A DNA stretch of 64,000 bases from Candidatus Aldehydirespiratoraceae bacterium. GTDB taxonomy: Bacteria; Actinomycetota; Acidimicrobiia; Acidimicrobiales; Aldehydirespiratoraceae. The notes below the pieces were generated by a model. The model was not told the DNA's origin. It worked only from the letters and a program-made list of their open reading frames with translations, and did no database searches. This document shows positions 45,481-55,760 of this stretch, piece after piece. The DNA lies in NCBI GenBank assembly GCA_965249055.1, contig CBDFKX010000002.1, forward strand, positions 1,936,830-2,000,829, given 5' to 3'. The translations under genes and the position numbers were made by a program. The number at the start of each line of letters is the position of its first letter. Position 1 is the stretch's first letter.

Positions 45481-46728
45481 GGGCCAGTTCTTCCCGCCGA
45501 GGATCCACTCGCCGTCTCCGTTGTAGGCAATGCCGTTGAGCACCGTATGGCGTTCATCGGTCGAGACGCCGACTTCAGCGGCGAGCGATGCGGCGTCGAT
45601 TGACACCAGCACCTCTCCAGAATCGGGGTCGATGACGATGATCTCATTGGTCAGCCAGATGTTGGCGACAACCAGCCCCTCGACACATTCGAGTTCGTTG
45701 ATCCTTGTTACGGGCTCGTTGTTGCGTCGAATGGTCGTAGTCGCCACGACCGCGAAGTCCCTGCTGCGGTGGGTGAGTGTAGAGGTGCCGTCGCTCATCA
45801 ATAGACGCGAACTGCCGTCGTCCCAACAGATCCCCCAACCCTCGCCGTCGTAACGGTACTCTCCGAGCGGCTCGAAGGTGTCGCGGTCCCAGCGCAACGC
45901 CCGACCCTCGCGCCAACTGAGTTGAATAATCTCGTCACCGACCAGAGTCAGGCCCTCGCCGAACACCTCGGAGTCGAGCGCAACCGAGCGCAGTTCATCG
46001 GGGCCGTTGAGGGCACGCAGACGGGATTCTCCGTAGAGCCCGGTGCTCTCATAGATGATCCCGCCGTCAGTCTCAAGTCCTTGAGTGAAGGCTTCGGTGT
46101 TGTGACTCCATGAAGCTTCGATCTTCACCCGCCATTCTCGATCCTCAGCAGTGCGGGGATCTGCGGGCCACGGCGACACAGCGACCTCGCCCGGCAAAGT
46201 CGTACTGGTGGTCGAGCTCGTGCCGGTCGGAGTCGTGGTCGTCGCAGAGGTTGAGCCGGTGGACGGTGCCACGCCGGTGGTTGGCCTGGTGCCGGTGTCG
46301 ATGGACGGAGCCGCGCCGGTTGTCGGCGTCGTGCTGTCGTCGGAGGCCGTGTCGGTGGATGAGTTCGTGTCGGTGGATGAGTTCGTGTCGGTGGATGGGC
46401 TCGTGTCGGTGGATGAGTTCGTGTCGGTGGATGGGCTCGTGTCGGTGGATGGGTTCGTGTCGGTGGATGAACCCGTGTCGGTGTTTGACGTTGTGCTGTT
46501 GTCGGTGACCGTGTCGGTGGATGAACCCGCACCGGAGGTTGGCGTGGTGCTTCTGTCGGTAGCGAGGCTGGAGACCTCGGCGCTGTCGCTCGGGGTCGCC
46601 GTGGTTGAAGGGCTGACAACAGGCTCACCGACAGGCCGGTCACCGTCTGATCCAGCGCACGCCGAGGCAACGAGGCAACAGAGGCACACAACCGCACCGA
46701 GCGGGCCCCGGACGAGCCGGCGGATCAT
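45448..46728 (-). CDS. Lipoprotein: glutamine cyclotransferase (beta-propeller type) with a Ser/Thr/Asp-rich repeat linker
   Basis: Lipobox-like LVASAC and an (STDTN/STDTS)n linker. The C-terminal domain reads HNTEAFTQGLE...YESTGLYGESRLR...FGEGLTL...LSWREG...GWGI...LNGIAY. Confidence 0.75.
   Translation of the reverse strand: MIRRLVRGPLGAVVCLCCLVASACAGSDGDRPVGEPVVSPSTTATPSDSAEVSSLATDRSTTPTSGAGSSTDTVTDNSTTSNTDTGSSTDTNPSTDTSPSTDTNSSTDTSPSTDTNSSTDTNSSTDTASDDSTTPTTGAAPSIDTGTRPTTGVAPSTGSTSATTTTPTGTSSTTSTTLPGEVAVSPWPADPRTAEDREWRVKIEASWSHNTEAFTQGLETDGGIIYESTGLYGESRLRALNGPDELRSVALDSEVFGEGLTLVGDEIIQLSWREGRALRWDRDTFEPLGEYRYDGEGWGICWDDGSSRLLMSDGTSTLTHRSRDFAVVATTTIRRNNEPVTRINELECVEGLVVANIWLTNEIIVIDPDSGEVLVSIDAASLAAEVGVSTDERHTVLNGIAYNGDGEWILGGKNWPLQFLVTLTLN
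46349..46474 (-). repeat. 18-bp tandem repeat (about 7 units) encoding the STDTN/STDTS linker
   Basis: GTGTCGGTGGATGAGTTC and GTGTCGGTGGATGGGCTC units alternate. Confidence 0.8.
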
Positions 46729-47933
46729 CAGGCGACACCCACCACACCCCGAGCGGCGAGGGATTCCGCATCGTCGGAACGGCCGAGGCTGCCGAGAATC
46801 TCCACGGTGTGCTCCCCGAGTCTGGGGGCCAAGCTGCGCGGAGCCCAGGGTGTGCCGTCGAAATCGACCGGTGTGGCGATCATCGATGTCGTGGCGGACT
46901 CGTCGGGAACCTCCACAAGGGCTCCCGCTGCATAGAACTGGGGATCAGCGAGAAGATCGTCGGGTGACTGGACCGGCGCCCAGAAGAAGTCTGGTTCTGC
47001 GGCGAATATCTCTGCCCACTCGGCCAGCGTCTTGGTGACGAAGATCTTGTCGAGTTCGCCGATCAGTTCTGGGCCATTCCTCGCCCGATCAGCAGCCGTC
47101 GCGAATCGCTCGTCGGTGATCCATTCCGGGTGCCCCACGGCGCGCGCCAGCGGTGGCCAGTGCCGATTGGCTTCAAGACCCACCACCCAAAAGCGCTTGT
47201 TGTCGCTAGTCACGTAGTTGTTTGTGGTGGGGTTGTACATAGTCTCGCGGTTGCCGACACCTAGTGTGAGTCCCCAGCCCACGGTGATCGACAGATCGAA
47301 ACTGATCGTGTAGATACCTGTGCGGAACAACGAGGTGGAACAAAGTTGTCCCCTTCCGGTGTGTTCACGGCTGTATAGCGCTGCTGAAACAGCGGCTGCG
47401 GCAGCCATGCCCGCGTTGTGATCGCCCATGCCGCCCCTTTGAAACGGTGGGTTGCTTCCCTCCGGCGTGAGCATGTGGGCGATACCAGAACGGGCCCAGA
47501 AAGCGGCGATGTCGTATGCCGCGCGGTCTTTGTCAGGGCCTTCAAGCCCGAACCCGGTGATTGCTGCGTACACCAATCGGGGATGTTCCCCCAGCAAGGT
47601 CTCATGGTCCAAGCCGAGGCGTTCGAGCCCAGCGAGCCGTACATTTGTGACGAACACATCTGCCTGCGCTATCAGCTCCTTGGCGATGGCCAAGCCGTCA
47701 TCATCAGTGAGATCCAAGGCGATACTGCGCTTGGACCGGTTGTCCAGTTCGAACACGGGGTTGGTGGGCATGTCTCCGCCGAGCATGTTTTGGAAGGTGC
47801 GGGCCGGGTCGCCACCGAGAGGCTCAATCTTGATCACATCGGCGCCCCAGTCCGCCAAGATTCCTCCCGCGGCGGGTCCCGCGACCCAAACTCCAATCTC
47901 AACGATCCGTACGCCCTCAAGTGGTCCTGGCAA
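46728..47933 (-). CDS. CoA-transferase family III (CaiB/BaiF-like)
   Basis: The N-terminus reads LEGVRIVEIGVWVAGPAAGGILADWGADVIKIEP. Confidence 0.85.
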   Translation of the reverse strand: MPGPLEGVRIVEIGVWVAGPAAGGILADWGADVIKIEPLGGDPARTFQNMLGGDMPTNPVFELDNRSKRSIALDLTDDDGLAIAKELIAQADVFVTNVRLAGLERLGLDHETLLGEHPRLVYAAITGFGLEGPDKDRAAYDIAAFWARSGIAHMLTPEGSNPPFQRGGMGDHNAGMAAAAAVSAALYSREHTGRGQLCSTSLFRTGIYTISFDLSITVGWGLTLGVGNRETMYNPTTNNYVTSDNKRFWVVGLEANRHWPPLARAVGHPEWITDERFATAADRARNGPELIGELDKIFVTKTLAEWAEIFAAEPDFFWAPVQSPDDLLADPQFYAAGALVEVPDESATTSMIATPVDFDGTPWAPRSLAPRLGEHTVEILGSLGRSDDAESLAARGVVGVA

Positions 47934-48125
47934 TGCTCTGCTCCTCGGTCATCGACTGAGTTGTCCCAACGCCATCAGTCTGGCCTATCGCTCAACTAGA
48001 GACACTTTCGAGCCTGTCGTAGCACTGGCCGGTTCTGTGTGAGCGGTGGTTTGAGGCGAGTTCCACTGGGATTCGTGAGTTGCGTGATTGATGGGATTCT
48101 GTTGGAGACATGCGAGGCTTAGGGA

Positions 48126-48683
48126 ATGTCTGAGTTGCGGGCGCTGGTGGTTTGCACAGGAAACACCTGTCGCTCTCCGATGGGTGAGGCGATATTGCGA
48201 GAGCGGTTCACCTCCGCAGGTATAGACGCAGCGGTCACGTCGGCGGGGACGTTGGGGTGGTCGCAGCGCCCGGCTAGCAAACATGCAGTCACGGCCATGG
48301 CCGAAATGGGGTTGGATATCGGCGGGCATGTCAGTCGCCGTATCGCTAGCGGTGATCTCGACGTAGATCTGGTGGTGGCCATGACCAGAATCCACGCAGG
48401 CGCGGTGATCGGACGCGATAGCGAACTAAGGACGCGAGTGTTCCTCCCTTCAGAGTTCAGTCGCTTAGCGACGGATTCGCCGTCCATGGGGCTGACGACA
48501 CCCTCGAGAGCTGCCATGAGAGAACGAATCGAGGCGATCGGGGCAATGCGTGAGGGCGACCTCGTCGGGCGCCCGGCGGAAGAAATCGATGATCCGGCTG
48601 GTGAACCGTTGACTGCATACCGTGCCACGGCTGCCCGACTCGACCGTCACCTCAGCAGCCTGGTGGACGCTCTTCGGAGGTAG
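48126..48683 (+). CDS. Low-molecular-weight protein tyrosine/arginine phosphatase
   Basis: VVCTGNTCRSPMGEA matches the CX5R(S) P-loop. Confidence 0.85.
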   Translation: MSELRALVVCTGNTCRSPMGEAILRERFTSAGIDAAVTSAGTLGWSQRPASKHAVTAMAEMGLDIGGHVSRRIASGDLDVDLVVAMTRIHAGAVIGRDSELRTRVFLPSEFSRLATDSPSMGLTTPSRAAMRERIEAIGAMREGDLVGRPAEEIDDPAGEPLTAYRATAARLDRHLSSLVDALRR

Positions 48684-48775
48684 GTCGACCGGCTGAGCCA
48701 CGGATTCGGGCTAATGGACTCGACCACCCTAAAGTAGATGTCAGCCTTCGCTGGAAAGTGAAAAAGGACGAGCCC

Positions 48776-50503
48776 ATGTATGACCTACTGATTCGCAACG
48801 GAGTCATTGTCGACGGCACCGGCACTGACCGATACCTGGGCGATGTGGCCGTAAAAGAAGGAAAAATCGCAGCAGTTGGCCCCAAGATCGCAGGTGCGGC
48901 TGACAAAGAGATCGACGCCGCCGGGTGCATCGTGATCCCCGGCTTTGTTGATGTACACACGCACTACGACGGACAAGTCACCTGGGACCCGGTTCTCGAA
49001 CCGTCTGCCAGCCATGGAGTCACCACGGTCGTCACAGGCAACTGCGGCGTCGGCTTCGCCCCGGTGAAGCCTGGCAGCGAGGATTGGCTGATTCAATTGA
49101 TGGAAGGTGTCGAGGACATCCCCGGAGCCGCTTTGGCTGAGGGCATCGACTGGTCTTGGGAGACATTCCCGGAATATCTCGACAGTCTCGAAGGCAGGTC
49201 TTGGGGGCTCGACGTTGGCTGTCTGGTACCCCATGGGGCGGTTCGCGCCTACGTGATGGGTGAGCGTGGTGCCCGCAACGCACCCGCCAACAGCGAAGAG
49301 ATCGCAGAGATGCGCAGAATCGTTTGCGAAGCCGTGACCGCGGGAGCCCTAGGCGTGTCAACCTCTCGGACCCTTGCGCACACAGCCATGGACGGTGAAC
49401 CGGTGCCGGGTACGTTTGCCGCAGAAGACGAGCTCTACGCGCTGGCGAAGGGTTGTGCGGACGCGGGCCATGGGCTCCTGGAACTTGCACCGATGGGTTC
49501 GGCTGGTGAAGACACAGTGGCCCCCCATACCGAAGTCGACTGGATGGTGCGCATTTCCAAAGAGACGGGAGTGCCCGTGTCGTTCGTGCTGGTTCAAATA
49601 AACGACGAACCGGAACTGTGGCGGGCGTTGATGGACCGATCCGCGCAAGCCGCGGCCGCTGGTGCTTCTCTGCATCCCCAGATTGCCGGCCGGCTCAACG
49701 GAATCCTGCTCGGGCTCGAAGGTCTGAGTCCTTGGCGTCAGCGGCCTAGCTGGGACGAGATCGCCGATTTGCCGCTGCCCGAATTGGTGGCGGAACTCCA
49801 CCGACCAGAGCGTCGCTCGGCGATCCTTGCTGAGACTCCCGATACCGACAATCCCTTCTCGCAGTTCATTCTGGGTTCGCTGCACCGAATCTATGTGCTC
49901 GGCGACCCACCCGATTACGAGCCGGGCCCGGAACGCACCATCAAGACGATGGCCGAAGCACAAGGGCGTGAACTTGATGACCTGCTCTATGACATGTTGC
50001 TGGAAGACGAAGGCAAGGCGCTGTTGTTGTTCCCCTTCCTCAACTATGCTGACGGCAACGGCGACGCGCTTCGCGAGATGCTGCAGCATCCCGCGGGAGT
50101 CGTCGGGTTGAGCGACGGGGGAGCGCACTGCGGCGTGATTTGCGATGCCTCGCAACCGACCTGGCTGCTTACCCACTGGGCCCGCGACCGCACTCGTGGT
50201 GAACAGTTGCCACTTGAGTTCATCGTCAAGAAGCAGAGCCATGACACCGCTCGCCTCTTCGGTCTCGATGATCGGGGAACGATCGAAGTGGGTGCCAAAG
50301 CGGACCTCAACGTGGTCGACTTCGACAATCTGTCGCTGATGCCGCCCCGCGTTGCCCATGACCTGCCAGCGGGCGGCAAACGCTTCGTGCAATCCGCCAA
50401 GGGCTACCGAGCGACAATCGTCAGTGGCGAGATCACCCGCCAAGATGATGCTGACACGGGAGCGCGCCCGGGACGTTTGGTGCGAGCCGGCAGCGCCGCC
50501 TGA
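48776..50503 (+). CDS. N-acyl-D-amino-acid deacylase-family amidohydrolase
   Basis: Contains YDLLIRNGVIVDGTG...PGFVDVHTHYDGQVTWD...SDGGAHCG. Confidence 0.8.
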   Translation: MYDLLIRNGVIVDGTGTDRYLGDVAVKEGKIAAVGPKIAGAADKEIDAAGCIVIPGFVDVHTHYDGQVTWDPVLEPSASHGVTTVVTGNCGVGFAPVKPGSEDWLIQLMEGVEDIPGAALAEGIDWSWETFPEYLDSLEGRSWGLDVGCLVPHGAVRAYVMGERGARNAPANSEEIAEMRRIVCEAVTAGALGVSTSRTLAHTAMDGEPVPGTFAAEDELYALAKGCADAGHGLLELAPMGSAGEDTVAPHTEVDWMVRISKETGVPVSFVLVQINDEPELWRALMDRSAQAAAAGASLHPQIAGRLNGILLGLEGLSPWRQRPSWDEIADLPLPELVAELHRPERRSAILAETPDTDNPFSQFILGSLHRIYVLGDPPDYEPGPERTIKTMAEAQGRELDDLLYDMLLEDEGKALLLFPFLNYADGNGDALREMLQHPAGVVGLSDGGAHCGVICDASQPTWLLTHWARDRTRGEQLPLEFIVKKQSHDTARLFGLDDRGTIEVGAKADLNVVDFDNLSLMPPRVAHDLPAGGKRFVQSAKGYRATIVSGEITRQDDADTGARPGRLVRAGSAA

Positions 50504-50568
50504 CCTGACCAGAAACAACTTTGACTAGAAACAATATTTGACCAGAAACGATTTCATAAAGGACCACA

Positions 50569-52305
50569 ATGTTTGATCTTCTAATTCGCAACGGGACCGT
50601 TGTAGACGGCACCGGCTCAGACCGATTCACCGCCGATGTGGCCATCACCGATGGTGTCATCGTCGCTGTCGGCTCCAACCTTGAAGGCGAAGCCCGCGAA
50701 GTCATTGATGCGACTGGCCTGCTGGTAACGCCAGGTTTTGTCGACGTGCATACTCATTACGACGGTCAGGTCACTTGGGATGAAACGCTGGAGCCAACGT
50801 CGCTGCACGGTGTCACGACTCTGGTCATGGGTAACTGCGGGGTCGGGTTCGCCCCGGTCAAACCAGGTACCGAAGATTGGTTGATCCAGTTGATGGAAGG
50901 CGTTGAAGACATCCCCGGAGCAGCCTTGAGCGAGGGTATTGAGTGGGACTGGGAGACCTTCCCTGAGTATCTCGATGCTCTGGAGCAGCGCAAGTGGTCA
51001 GTCGATGTTGGCACCCAGATTCCGCACGGGTCGGTGCGTGCCTATGTGATGGGGGAGCGGGGCGCGCGCAACGAAGCTGCCTCGCCACCCGAGATCGAAG
51101 CCATGGCCGAGATCGTGCAGGAAGCCGTGGAAGCCGGCGCTCTGGGTGTGTCGACGTCGCGCACCCTAGGACACCGGGCGATGGATGGCGAACCCGTGCC
51201 GGGTACTTTCGCGGCCGAGGACGAACTGTTTGCGTTGGGTCGAGCTCTGCGAGACGGTGGAGGGGGAGTCTTTGAGCTAGCGCCTGCTGGTGCCGCGGGA
51301 CTTGATCTTGTGGCACCGATGCGCGAAGTCGATTGGATGCGCCGGCTCTCCGCGGAAACCGGTCAACCGGTCACCTTTGCGATGCTGCAGGTACCAGGCG
51401 CACCCGATCTCTGGAAAGAGCAGATGGCGGCTTCGCTGGCCGCTACTGAAGAAGGCGCCAGGTTGTATCCCCAGGTTGCGGGTCGGCCGTTCGGAGTGCT
51501 GGTCGGATTTCAGACAGGACATCCCTTCATGCTCCGCCCTACGTACCAAGCACTCGCCCACCTCCCGATCGAAGAACGAGTAGCAGAACTGCAACGACCG
51601 GAGGTTCGAGCCGCCGTTCTCTCTGAGGAGAATGCCGAACGCCAAGGTTCGGTCCACGAGGGTGTCGCCATGCTCGTGGCCGGGATGCTTCACAATCTCT
51701 ACGTGCTCGGCGACCCCCCAAACTACGAACCGACTCGGGAACGTTCTGTTGGCGCAATTGCAGAGGTCACCGGTGTCTCGGCCGAGGAAGTCGCTTACGA
51801 CGCGTTCCTGGCTGAGGACGGCAAGGCTCTACTGATGGCCCCGCTCTACAACTACGTGGATTCCAACCACGACGTGATCCGCGAGCAGCTCACACATCCT
51901 CAAGCAGTGGTGGGGTTGGGCGACGGCGGAGCGCACTGCGGCTTGATCTGCGATGCGTCCTTGCCGACCACCATGATTTCGCACTGGACACGCGACCGTC
52001 ATCGCGGCGAGCAACTTCCGTTGGAGTGGGTCGTGCGCAAGCAGACCAAAGACACCGCCGAACTCTTCGGAATGGGTGACCGCGGCACAATTGAGGTTGG
52101 ACGCCGGGGCGATATCAACATCATCGATCACGACAAGATCAACTTGCGGACGCCTGAGCTGGTTCACGACCTTCCTGCTGGCGGCCGACGGCTGATCCAG
52201 AAAGCCGAGGGCTACGTGGCAACGGTCGTTGCCGGGGAGATTACTCGCAAGCAAGGCGAAGATACCGGCGCACGACCCGGCCGCCTGGTCCGCGGTCGAC
52301 GCTGA
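50569..52305 (+). CDS. N-acyl-D-amino-acid deacylase-family amidohydrolase (tandem paralogue)
   Basis: Colinear with 48776-50503 over its full length, with the same motifs. Confidence 0.8.
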   Translation: MFDLLIRNGTVVDGTGSDRFTADVAITDGVIVAVGSNLEGEAREVIDATGLLVTPGFVDVHTHYDGQVTWDETLEPTSLHGVTTLVMGNCGVGFAPVKPGTEDWLIQLMEGVEDIPGAALSEGIEWDWETFPEYLDALEQRKWSVDVGTQIPHGSVRAYVMGERGARNEAASPPEIEAMAEIVQEAVEAGALGVSTSRTLGHRAMDGEPVPGTFAAEDELFALGRALRDGGGGVFELAPAGAAGLDLVAPMREVDWMRRLSAETGQPVTFAMLQVPGAPDLWKEQMAASLAATEEGARLYPQVAGRPFGVLVGFQTGHPFMLRPTYQALAHLPIEERVAELQRPEVRAAVLSEENAERQGSVHEGVAMLVAGMLHNLYVLGDPPNYEPTRERSVGAIAEVTGVSAEEVAYDAFLAEDGKALLMAPLYNYVDSNHDVIREQLTHPQAVVGLGDGGAHCGLICDASLPTTMISHWTRDRHRGEQLPLEWVVRKQTKDTAELFGMGDRGTIEVGRRGDINIIDHDKINLRTPELVHDLPAGGRRLIQKAEGYVATVVAGEITRKQGEDTGARPGRLVRGRR

Positions 52306-52392
52306 TCCTCGTTTTGGCAGAACGCTGACCCGGTCTAATCGACGCGGGCCCGTTTTGGGAAGCTTCCCGGAGTTGTGGTGAAATGCGGGCGT

Positions 52393-53388
52393 ATGGCTGA
52401 ACTCCAAGACATTGATTTCACCCTCGAGTACCCTTATACCCGTACCACCGGACCGATAATCGGTCCGTTCCTGACCGGTCTTCGAGACGGTCGAATACTC
52501 GCTACAAGGGTTGGGGACAGAGTGATCTGCCCACCGGTCGAATACGACTCCGACACTGGCGCAACCGTCGGCCCCGAGAACCTCGTCGAGGTTGGTCCCG
52601 GCGGCGAGGTCACCGGCTGGACATGGGTCACACAACACACGTCGAAGCATCCTTTTGAGCATCCTTTCGCGTTCGCCCAGATCAAACTCGACGGGGCGGA
52701 CACGACCATGTTGCATGCCGTCGATGCCGGCTCCGAAGACGCAATGTCAACCGGAATGCGCGTGGTGGTGCGTTTCCGTGGTGAACGGCTCGGCACGATC
52801 AACGATGTCTATTTTATTCCTGGTGACGAGCCGCCGACTGCGCCAAAAGTCGATGACGATGCTGAGCCGGTGATGATCACCGAGCACTTGATCGGCGTGC
52901 GCATACGCGAACCGTTGCTGCCTCATCGCCGTCGCTTCGCCGAGGGGTTGCTGGCAGGAAAGATCATCGGGCAGCGCAGCCCGGCTGACGGCAAGGTACA
53001 TGTGCCTAGCCGCGGCTACGACGCCACTAACCGGGTGCCTATGACCTCGCAGCACGATGTGGAGGTGGCCGATGTCGGCACTGTCACTTCGTTCACCGAG
53101 ATAGTGCCGGTCCAGTATCACGGGCAGACCGAGACAGAGCCTTACATTCGTTGTTCGGTGCTCCTTGACGGTGCTGATACGACGGTTGGAGGAATTGATA
53201 TTCGCGATATCAGCATTGAGGATTTCCGTGTTGGCATGCGCTTGCGGATGGTGTGGCGCGACAGCGGTGACCGCAGGGGGGATCTCGACAATCGCGGCTA
53301 CGGCCTCAACGAAGAGGTGTACGAGCGCTGGGAACCGACGGGCGAGCCTGATGTCGACCCCGATTTGTTGAAGGAGCACAACTTCTAA
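52393..53388 (+). CDS. DUF35 (Zn-ribbon plus OB-fold) protein, double-domain
   Basis: Two OB-fold/DUF35-like halves lie directly upstream of two thiolase-like genes. This is the usual partner arrangement. Confidence 0.65.
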   Translation: MAELQDIDFTLEYPYTRTTGPIIGPFLTGLRDGRILATRVGDRVICPPVEYDSDTGATVGPENLVEVGPGGEVTGWTWVTQHTSKHPFEHPFAFAQIKLDGADTTMLHAVDAGSEDAMSTGMRVVVRFRGERLGTINDVYFIPGDEPPTAPKVDDDAEPVMITEHLIGVRIREPLLPHRRRFAEGLLAGKIIGQRSPADGKVHVPSRGYDATNRVPMTSQHDVEVADVGTVTSFTEIVPVQYHGQTETEPYIRCSVLLDGADTTVGGIDIRDISIEDFRVGMRLRMVWRDSGDRRGDLDNRGYGLNEEVYERWEPTGEPDVDPDLLKEHNF

Positions 53389-54518
53389 TGTCGCAGTCAA
53401 CACTGTCTAAATCAGCACAGCCTCAGTCAGCACTGTCTAAATCAGCACAGGCGAATCGCCACGAGAACGACATTGCCATCGTGGGCTTTGCTCAAACCGA
53501 CGCCCACGTCCGCTACGACGGGCCCGAAGTCGTCCTCATTATGGAATGCGTCAACGCACTGCTAGCCGATGCCGGGATTGAGCGGTACGACGTCGACTTC
53601 ACCATTGCCGGGAGCTGCGACTACCTCAGCGGTATGCCGTTCGCCTTCGTGTCAAACGTCGATGGCATGGGGGCTTGGCCCCCGGTTTATGAATCGCATG
53701 TCGAGATGGACGGTGCCTGGGGGCTGTTCGAAGCGTGGTTGCGCCTGCAGATGGGCGACATTGACATTGCCATGGTGGTGGGCTCGGGGAAGTCCTCCCC
53801 GTGCAACGCCCGTGAGGTTTTCCATCTACAAGCCGATCCTTATGTTGTGGCTCCGCTCGGACTCGACCCCGACGCCATGGCTGGAATTGCGGCCCGCTCG
53901 CTGATCGAGGAGCGCAAGGCAACCGAGGCTGAAATCGCCGAAGTCGTGGCGCGCAGCTACACCGCAGCGGCGAGCAACCCCCATGCCCAGATCCAGAGCA
54001 CGGCCACGGTTGAAGAACTTCTTACCGCTCCCTACGACATGGCGCCGTTGCGGGCCCATGATGTCTCACCCAAAGCAGACGGTGCGGCCGCGCTGCTGAT
54101 CGCGCGTCGAGACCGGGCCCGAGAGATCACCGACAACCCGGTGTGGATCACCGGACTCGACCACCGCATTGAATCACATCACGCGGGATTGCGTGACCTC
54201 ACGGATTCGCCGAGCACCCGGTTGGCAGCCGCAGGATCCGGAGTTGCCGATGGAGCAGTTGATGTGGCCGAGCTACACGTCACCCATGCCCACGAAGAAA
54301 TCATTTTGCGCAACGCCTTGAACCTCGACGGAAGCACCGAGGTGAACCCGTCGGGAGGACCGCTCGCAGGTGATCCAGTCATGGCAACCGGATTGGTCCG
54401 TGTTATCGAAGTCGCACGACGGATCGCCGCTGGTCAAGCTCGTCGGGGAGTAGCCCATGCGTCCTCGGGCGCAGCATTGCAACAAAACTTGCTGTGTGTT
54501 TTAGAAGGAGGAGCCTGA
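53388..54518 (+). CDS. Thiolase-like protein (SCP-x/Ltp type)
   Basis: Thiolase fold, with NPSGGPLAGDPVMATG near the C-terminus. Confidence 0.75.
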   Translation: MSQSTLSKSAQPQSALSKSAQANRHENDIAIVGFAQTDAHVRYDGPEVVLIMECVNALLADAGIERYDVDFTIAGSCDYLSGMPFAFVSNVDGMGAWPPVYESHVEMDGAWGLFEAWLRLQMGDIDIAMVVGSGKSSPCNAREVFHLQADPYVVAPLGLDPDAMAGIAARSLIEERKATEAEIAEVVARSYTAAASNPHAQIQSTATVEELLTAPYDMAPLRAHDVSPKADGAAALLIARRDRAREITDNPVWITGLDHRIESHHAGLRDLTDSPSTRLAAAGSGVADGAVDVAELHVTHAHEEIILRNALNLDGSTEVNPSGGPLAGDPVMATGLVRVIEVARRIAAGQARRGVAHASSGAALQQNLLCVLEGGA

Positions 54519-54519
54519 T

Positions 54520-55677
54520 ATGGCTCGGCCATGCGCAGTCGTAGGTATTGGTCAGACGAAGTACAAGCGTCGCCGCGATGATCTGTCGCTCGACGGTTTG
54601 GTACGAGAGGCCGCTCTGCGGGCCCTTGAAGATGCCGAAGTGAGCTTTGCCGATATTGACGCAGTGGTGCTGGGCAAAGCCCCTGACGCGTTGGAGGGCG
54701 TGATCATGCCCGAGTTGTCCCTAGCCGATGCGCTCGGAGCAGTCGGTAAGCCGATACATCGAGTTCACACGGCCGGATCGGTTGGGGCGTCAACCGCCAT
54801 CTCCGCGGCTGTATTGGTTGAGAGCGGCCGTTACGACACGGTTTTGACGGTCACCTACGAAAAGCAGTCAGAGGGCAACGCCACATGGGCATTGTCGGGC
54901 GGAAAATCAGGTGGCCAGGGAGCCGGTGGTACCTTCGCTCCATGGATTCGAGAGTACATACGGCGTTCGGGAGCGCCAGAACACATTGGCTGGCAGGTAG
55001 CGGTCAAGGACCGCCAGAACGCCCTGAAGAACCAATACGCGCATCTGCATCTCGACGACATCAGCATCGACATGGTGAAGGAATCGCCGATGCTTTGGGA
55101 TCCACTGCATTTTTTGGAGTCGTGCCCTTCCTCAGATGGTGCGGCAGCGATGGTGCTGAGCTGTGAGAACTTGGTTTCCCGCTCGCCGAATCCGCCAGCT
55201 TGGGTCTTGGGACACGCCAAGCGCACCGAGTTTTCGAGTTTCCCCGGGCGTGACACAGTCAAACCCCAAGCAGGCGTCGATTGCGCTGCTGCGCTCTATA
55301 AGGAGGTCGGCATCACTGATCCGCGGCGGCAGATCGACACGGCGGAGTTGTACGTACCGTTCAGTTGGTACGAGCCGATGTGGCTTGAGGGGCATCTGAT
55401 CGCACCGGATGGGCAGGGGTGGAAGATGACCGACGAGGGCGCCACGGCCCTGGACGGGGATTTTCCCGTTAATTGCTCAGGCGGTGTCTTGTCATCCAAC
55501 CCGATTGGTGCTTCGGGAATGATCCGCTGTCTTGAAGCTGCCAATCAGGTGCGTGGCACTGCAGGTGATTATCAGGTTGACGGAGCGCGAGTTGCGCTCG
55601 GCCACGCATATGGGGGCGCGGCTCAGTACTTTGCCATGTGGATCGTGTCCTCGGAACTAGACCCGGTGTTCTCTTGA
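54520..55677 (+). CDS. Thiolase-like protein (SCP-x/Ltp type)
   Basis: Contains GIGQTKYKRR..., ESCPSSDGAAAMVL and NCSGGVLSSNPIGASG. Confidence 0.8.
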   Translation: MARPCAVVGIGQTKYKRRRDDLSLDGLVREAALRALEDAEVSFADIDAVVLGKAPDALEGVIMPELSLADALGAVGKPIHRVHTAGSVGASTAISAAVLVESGRYDTVLTVTYEKQSEGNATWALSGGKSGGQGAGGTFAPWIREYIRRSGAPEHIGWQVAVKDRQNALKNQYAHLHLDDISIDMVKESPMLWDPLHFLESCPSSDGAAAMVLSCENLVSRSPNPPAWVLGHAKRTEFSSFPGRDTVKPQAGVDCAAALYKEVGITDPRRQIDTAELYVPFSWYEPMWLEGHLIAPDGQGWKMTDEGATALDGDFPVNCSGGVLSSNPIGASGMIRCLEAANQVRGTAGDYQVDGARVALGHAYGGAAQYFAMWIVSSELDPVFS

Positions 55678-55760
55678 GCCTGTGTTCTTCAGCCCCCGTG
55701 TTTTCTAGGCACCATATTGTCTAGACCGACCGCACCAAGACCAATGACTGGGGTACCGCT

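Noticed and set aside
46349-46474. 18-bp repeats as a possible CRISPR or VNTR locus
   Set aside because: The repeats are in frame and encode the STDTN/STDTS linker of a lipoprotein. The unit is too short and there are no spacers.
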